Shown here: positions 59,994 through 64,000 of the stretch, in pieces
Layout: each line of letters begins with the position of its first letter
How positions within the stretch are numbered: position 1 is the stretch's first letter
NCBI GenBank assembly: GCA_040954595.2
Contig: CM082581.2
Coordinates: 9,217,878-9,281,877, forward strand
Origin: Balanoglossus misakiensis
Taxonomy: Eukaryota > Animalia > Hemichordata
DNA: 64,000 nucleotides
Reading direction: 5' to 3'
Notes under the pieces: model-generated
Seen by the model: the letters and a program-made list of their open reading frames with translations, nothing else
The model's database searches: none
Told to the model about the DNA's origin: nothing
Program-made: the position numbers and the translations under genes

Positions 59994-62473
59994 AGTTGGA
60001 TCATGTATGCTTGGAAATGGACGTGAGGAGTTTTAGGTATAACTGTTCATCTGGTGAAAATGGCACCATATATAAGTCAGTATTACAGTTCATATTCTCA
60101 TGGGAAACGCAAGAATATACATAAAAGAACTTGACGAGATTTTCCTGTCCAGTAACACCATTCTTACAATTTCTTTCAGACGTTCAGAGTCGATGTGGCT
60201 GTGCAGACAACTGAAACTTGACCAAATGTATGTGAAGATACCCTGCCTTGTGAATGAAGACGTGGTTGTGTGAACATTTGGAAGCTCTTCTGTCTTATCA
60301 TAAATCAGCATATGTAAATTAGACATGACCATATAACTCGTGGGTGGAGGATTTTATATGTTGCCAATTTCATAGCGGAAGAGTACAGCATAGAAGCAAA
60401 ATTACTGGAAAAAGGATTTTTCTGTGAAAATTGAGTTGCATAGCACCAAGTGCTCCACATCCCTTGAATGTGCAGATTCTGTGTGGCTTCTGTTGATCTT
60501 CAGAGTCTGAAAATCCAAAGCAAATAATGAAATAATAAGATTTTGCACATCCAGAATGGTGGATTTGTGGAATCAGCGCATCCAATGAATCTTTTAATAT
60601 CACAGGAACTCAAGCTGAGATAAAACTATTTATTGAGTGAGTTGAAAATTATGTCATTTAAAATGACTTCTCGCCTGTCTTTTAATGTTTGTTTTCTTTT
60701 TGTGTGTGTTTTAATCAGTCTTCAATTTATTTTAATTTGAATGTCAAAAGTATAATTATTTATTCTGTGTATTGAATACTTGCTTTTACAAATATATTTA
60801 AATGATTGAGTGGTCCTTCATGTGCAATATTCCGAATGCAAAACAAATCTACCATTTTGCTGCATATATATTTAAAAAGCTTAAACTATGTCTTACCAAG
60901 TTGAAAATAGTATTGAAATATGTATATGGGAACTAATTCTGGAATTGTTGACTGGAAATGATTTTTTTTTCAGCGGAAGATTTAAAAATTCATTTCAGGA
61001 AATCGCTGTAAAACTGATATTTAAATCCAATTTGATGCATGTACTTGTATCAAGATCAATCAAGAAACAAATTATGTGTGTCTTTCATCAGTGCTTTCCA
61101 ATAATTTATTGCAATATGCAAAGATATATTATGCTATTCATTTTAATAGATGAATAGCCCAATGAACTTGTCCAATTTATCATCATATTAGACAAACCAT
61201 GATTTATTACAAAGTTTGTGAATAAAGACATTTGATGGATTGATCAGGAGGAAAAACTGATGTTTTGTCATGTTTTCTCTCGGGATGGTTCCAGTGTCCA
61301 CCAGATTGAATCTCATGCATACTCTCAATGAAAATAGAGGAAACGGAATATACTATTAAAAATCATTTTTAATATCCAAACCAGTAAAGAACTTGATAAT
61401 ACAGTACAACACTTCAGGACAGCCAACACTGTTCTTTCACTAGAGGAAAGATAATCCCTCTGGAAATGAGTTTAAAATATCAAAATCTGTGTCGACAGCT
61501 TCATATTTTGAACAGTTCAAAAGAAATGTCGAAACATTTATGAATGACGGCTATTAAACCGTGAGCGTCACAGTCTTTCGGAATTCCGTCGCTGGGTGCG
61601 CTGTGTCCCGATTGTCAATAGCTCAGCGCATGAGCAGACGACCATTTTGTTTTAACTGAGACGATTGTAGATTTCTTGGTGCTGTGAGAAGCCTGATATA
61701 TATCACATTTCAGGAGAATGTACACCCAGACATCTGCGGAATGACCCTGGACACAACACGGAGGTAAGCACAGGTGGATACAACTAAGAAATTCCCGAAA
61801 TAACGCAAAAAATGGTGACTTAAAGATATGCAAATATCTCATATATGTGAAGGGGTGCAAGGAAAGTGTCGCCCGATATAAACAAGTCTTTTATTGAAAA
61901 ATATCAAAATCTGGAGAACCGGGAACTCTTCTGGTGAGCCTACAAACGTTCCAACGATATCTATGCACCAAATATGTCACCAAAATTAGAAATGGGCCGT
62001 CAGGGAAACGCCATAGCCGCGATAGTATCATTTCCCCCGAGTCGGTGGCATGGCCACGCCCATAATGAAGTTTCACAGGGTCCTGTCTTGACAGCCGCGA
62101 ACACCCGACTGCCCGGATAACTAGCATCCTCGAGTCGAAAAAAGTGGATTTTCATCGGCCTGCTGAAGTTGATGCGTCCAGTTGAAAAGATTCCTTTTCT
62201 CGGCTCCATAGCTGGCGCTGTAATGAAACGCAATGGGAAATGTCAATCAATCAATCATTATCAATACAATGGCTTTAGATTTGGAGATACAAATGTGCGG
62301 CTGGCCTTTTGTTTCCCAGTTAACTGTTCTATGAAAAGATATAAGATGCAGAGTTGATATTATAGTTGTGTATTTCTTGTGAAACGTATTGTCCCCCAGG
62401 AACTGCACACATGTATACATGTACGTTTCACACTCAAAGGTACTTCTACATGAGTTCTGTTCGCATCATGTAC

Positions 62474-63594
62474 CTGTAACTGTTCGACCTGTGTTTTCAG
62501 TCTAAGAATTTCAACTTTATATTTGTGATGGTCCATTTCATTATTGACAGTTCTCTCAGTCGTTGTTTGTTCGTTGGCCGACGCGTTGAATCTTGTGCTC
62601 ATATCCTCCACTGAATTCTTGTGAATCGTCCACACCTGCATTGAGTGAAATTGAATTGAATGTGAAAAAAGAAGTTACCAAACTGTCTACGATGTTACCA
62701 GATGTGGTTCATAACTATATATTAATTCAAAGTATTATTTCTGGATGAAGGCCTTGTCAACTCTCCGCTAGCTGTATACCCACCTTCGGTATAAATACTA
62801 GTGCCAAGGTCGCGGTGGTACATACGATGATACAAGCAGCGGTGATGGCGTACTTCACATCAATTTGGTTGTAGTCCAGCAGATTGGTTATGGTGATCCC
62901 CAGAACAGACATCACCATGACGTTATACGTGCAAAACCCAATTTGTTTAGAGTCGTTCAACCCTGGTATCTGTACCCTGCGAGTTTCCCACGCCAGGAAT
63001 ATGCCAAAAAGGACTAAAATGCCTGAATGGAAAGGAGTTTAATGTAATTGTTGTTTGGCGGTAGTGGTGGTGGCAGAGGCAGCGAAAGGAATAAAGTATT
63101 GAATGTCGTCAAATTGATAGTTCCATTCTGTCTCCCCCTCCCCATTTGTATTTCACTGATTTCAATTTTTCTATTTCAACAGTGTAATACCTTTGAAAGC
63201 ATACAGTGTGACCAACCAATGGAGATTGTAGACGGATTGGCAATTTGCCAAACTGGGAACTTCATGAACATCTTCCTCTGTTGGATGTTGCTGAGAGGAA
63301 AAAACAGAAACATTTTACAAAATGCTTCCTGCCTGCATTTTATCAAAGGATGAATTGTTGAAAATCGACGCTATCCTTGATTTACAGGGTAAAAGATTTT
63401 TTTTATACACACGCAAGCGGTTGGTTGATTCTTATCAATTTGCGATGGTGTTGTGTCTTTTGGCATTTTACCTTTGGTGGATAGACTTGCACTACCACTC
63501 TTTGTGGATCCACAGCCATCCATGTTATGAGGAGTATACCATCTATGGCCAGGAAGCTACCAACCATGGCAAACAGATGTCCGTCTTTGACAAC
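62474..63594 (-). CDS. GABA-B-receptor-like class C GPCR, partial (TM4-TM7 and start of the C-tail); 5' part lies beyond the window and the last exon(s) are unresolved
   Basis: Exons (-) 63594-63472 (VVKDGHLFAMVG..IDGILLITWMAVDP), 63290-63191 (C..WLVTLYAFK), 63022-62784 (GILVLFGIFLAWETRRVQIPGLNDSKQIG..YNV..LVFIPK), 62635-62474 (coiled-coil-like). AWETR..LNDSK.IG is characteristic of GABA-B-type 7TM domains. Confidence 0.9.
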
Positions 63595-64000
63595 CTTGTT
63601 GGGACAGAAAATTCATGGACATATGTAAATTTTGCACCGTCCTTGCAAGAAATACAGACGTCATCATTCGCTTGCAATTGCACAGGTCGTTAGCTTGACT
63701 ACAGTCTCCAAGGGACTGTCTGGCTGCCCTGGGGCAAGAAGAGACCTTGGCAAGCGAAGATGTAAAAACACATGCATGAGACCAATGCTTTAGTCCCCCT
63801 GACATTGCCCACGGGAACTTTTTCCTTCCTAAATCAACAAGTATCTGTTAACTCCAAGTTGGACATCCCTTGAGATTCGCCACTACACAAGCAATTTAGG
63901 TGAAGATAATTTTCTATGAATTTGACTGAGAAATAATAACAATTTACCCTCTAGAATTTCTAGGGAACGATCAGCTCTGAAAAATAAGTCTAGAGAACCC

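Overview
This is eukaryotic, intron-rich animal genomic DNA. The vertebrate-like gene content and intron positions suggest an invertebrate deuterostome such as a hemichordate (inference). Bases 1-14.6 kb contain no recognisable gene and carry candidate cis-regulatory motifs. A dense block of spliced genes follows, which I reconstructed exon by exon: CUTC (-), COX15 (+) head-to-head with it, tRNA-Ala(AGC) (-), SMC3 (+), a CRAL-TRIO lipid-binding protein (+), a type I membrane protein (-), a divergent SLC1/EAAT transporter (-), two tandem SAM-less SAMHD1 paralogs (+), and the 3' part of a GABA-B-receptor-like class C GPCR (-). The most striking element is the gene at 37621-41870, which encodes signal peptide + Sushi/CCP + a complete two-domain expansin-like module (DPBB + CBM63-like) + a 14x26-aa mucin stalk + TM helix + C-terminal ETSV PDZ-type motif. 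Also notable are an SLC1 transporter whose Na1-site ligands are replaced by Lys and His, and SAMHD1 duplicates with altered substrate pockets where only one copy keeps the CDK/cyclin tail. All homology calls are by-eye motif comparisons from memory; no searches were run.
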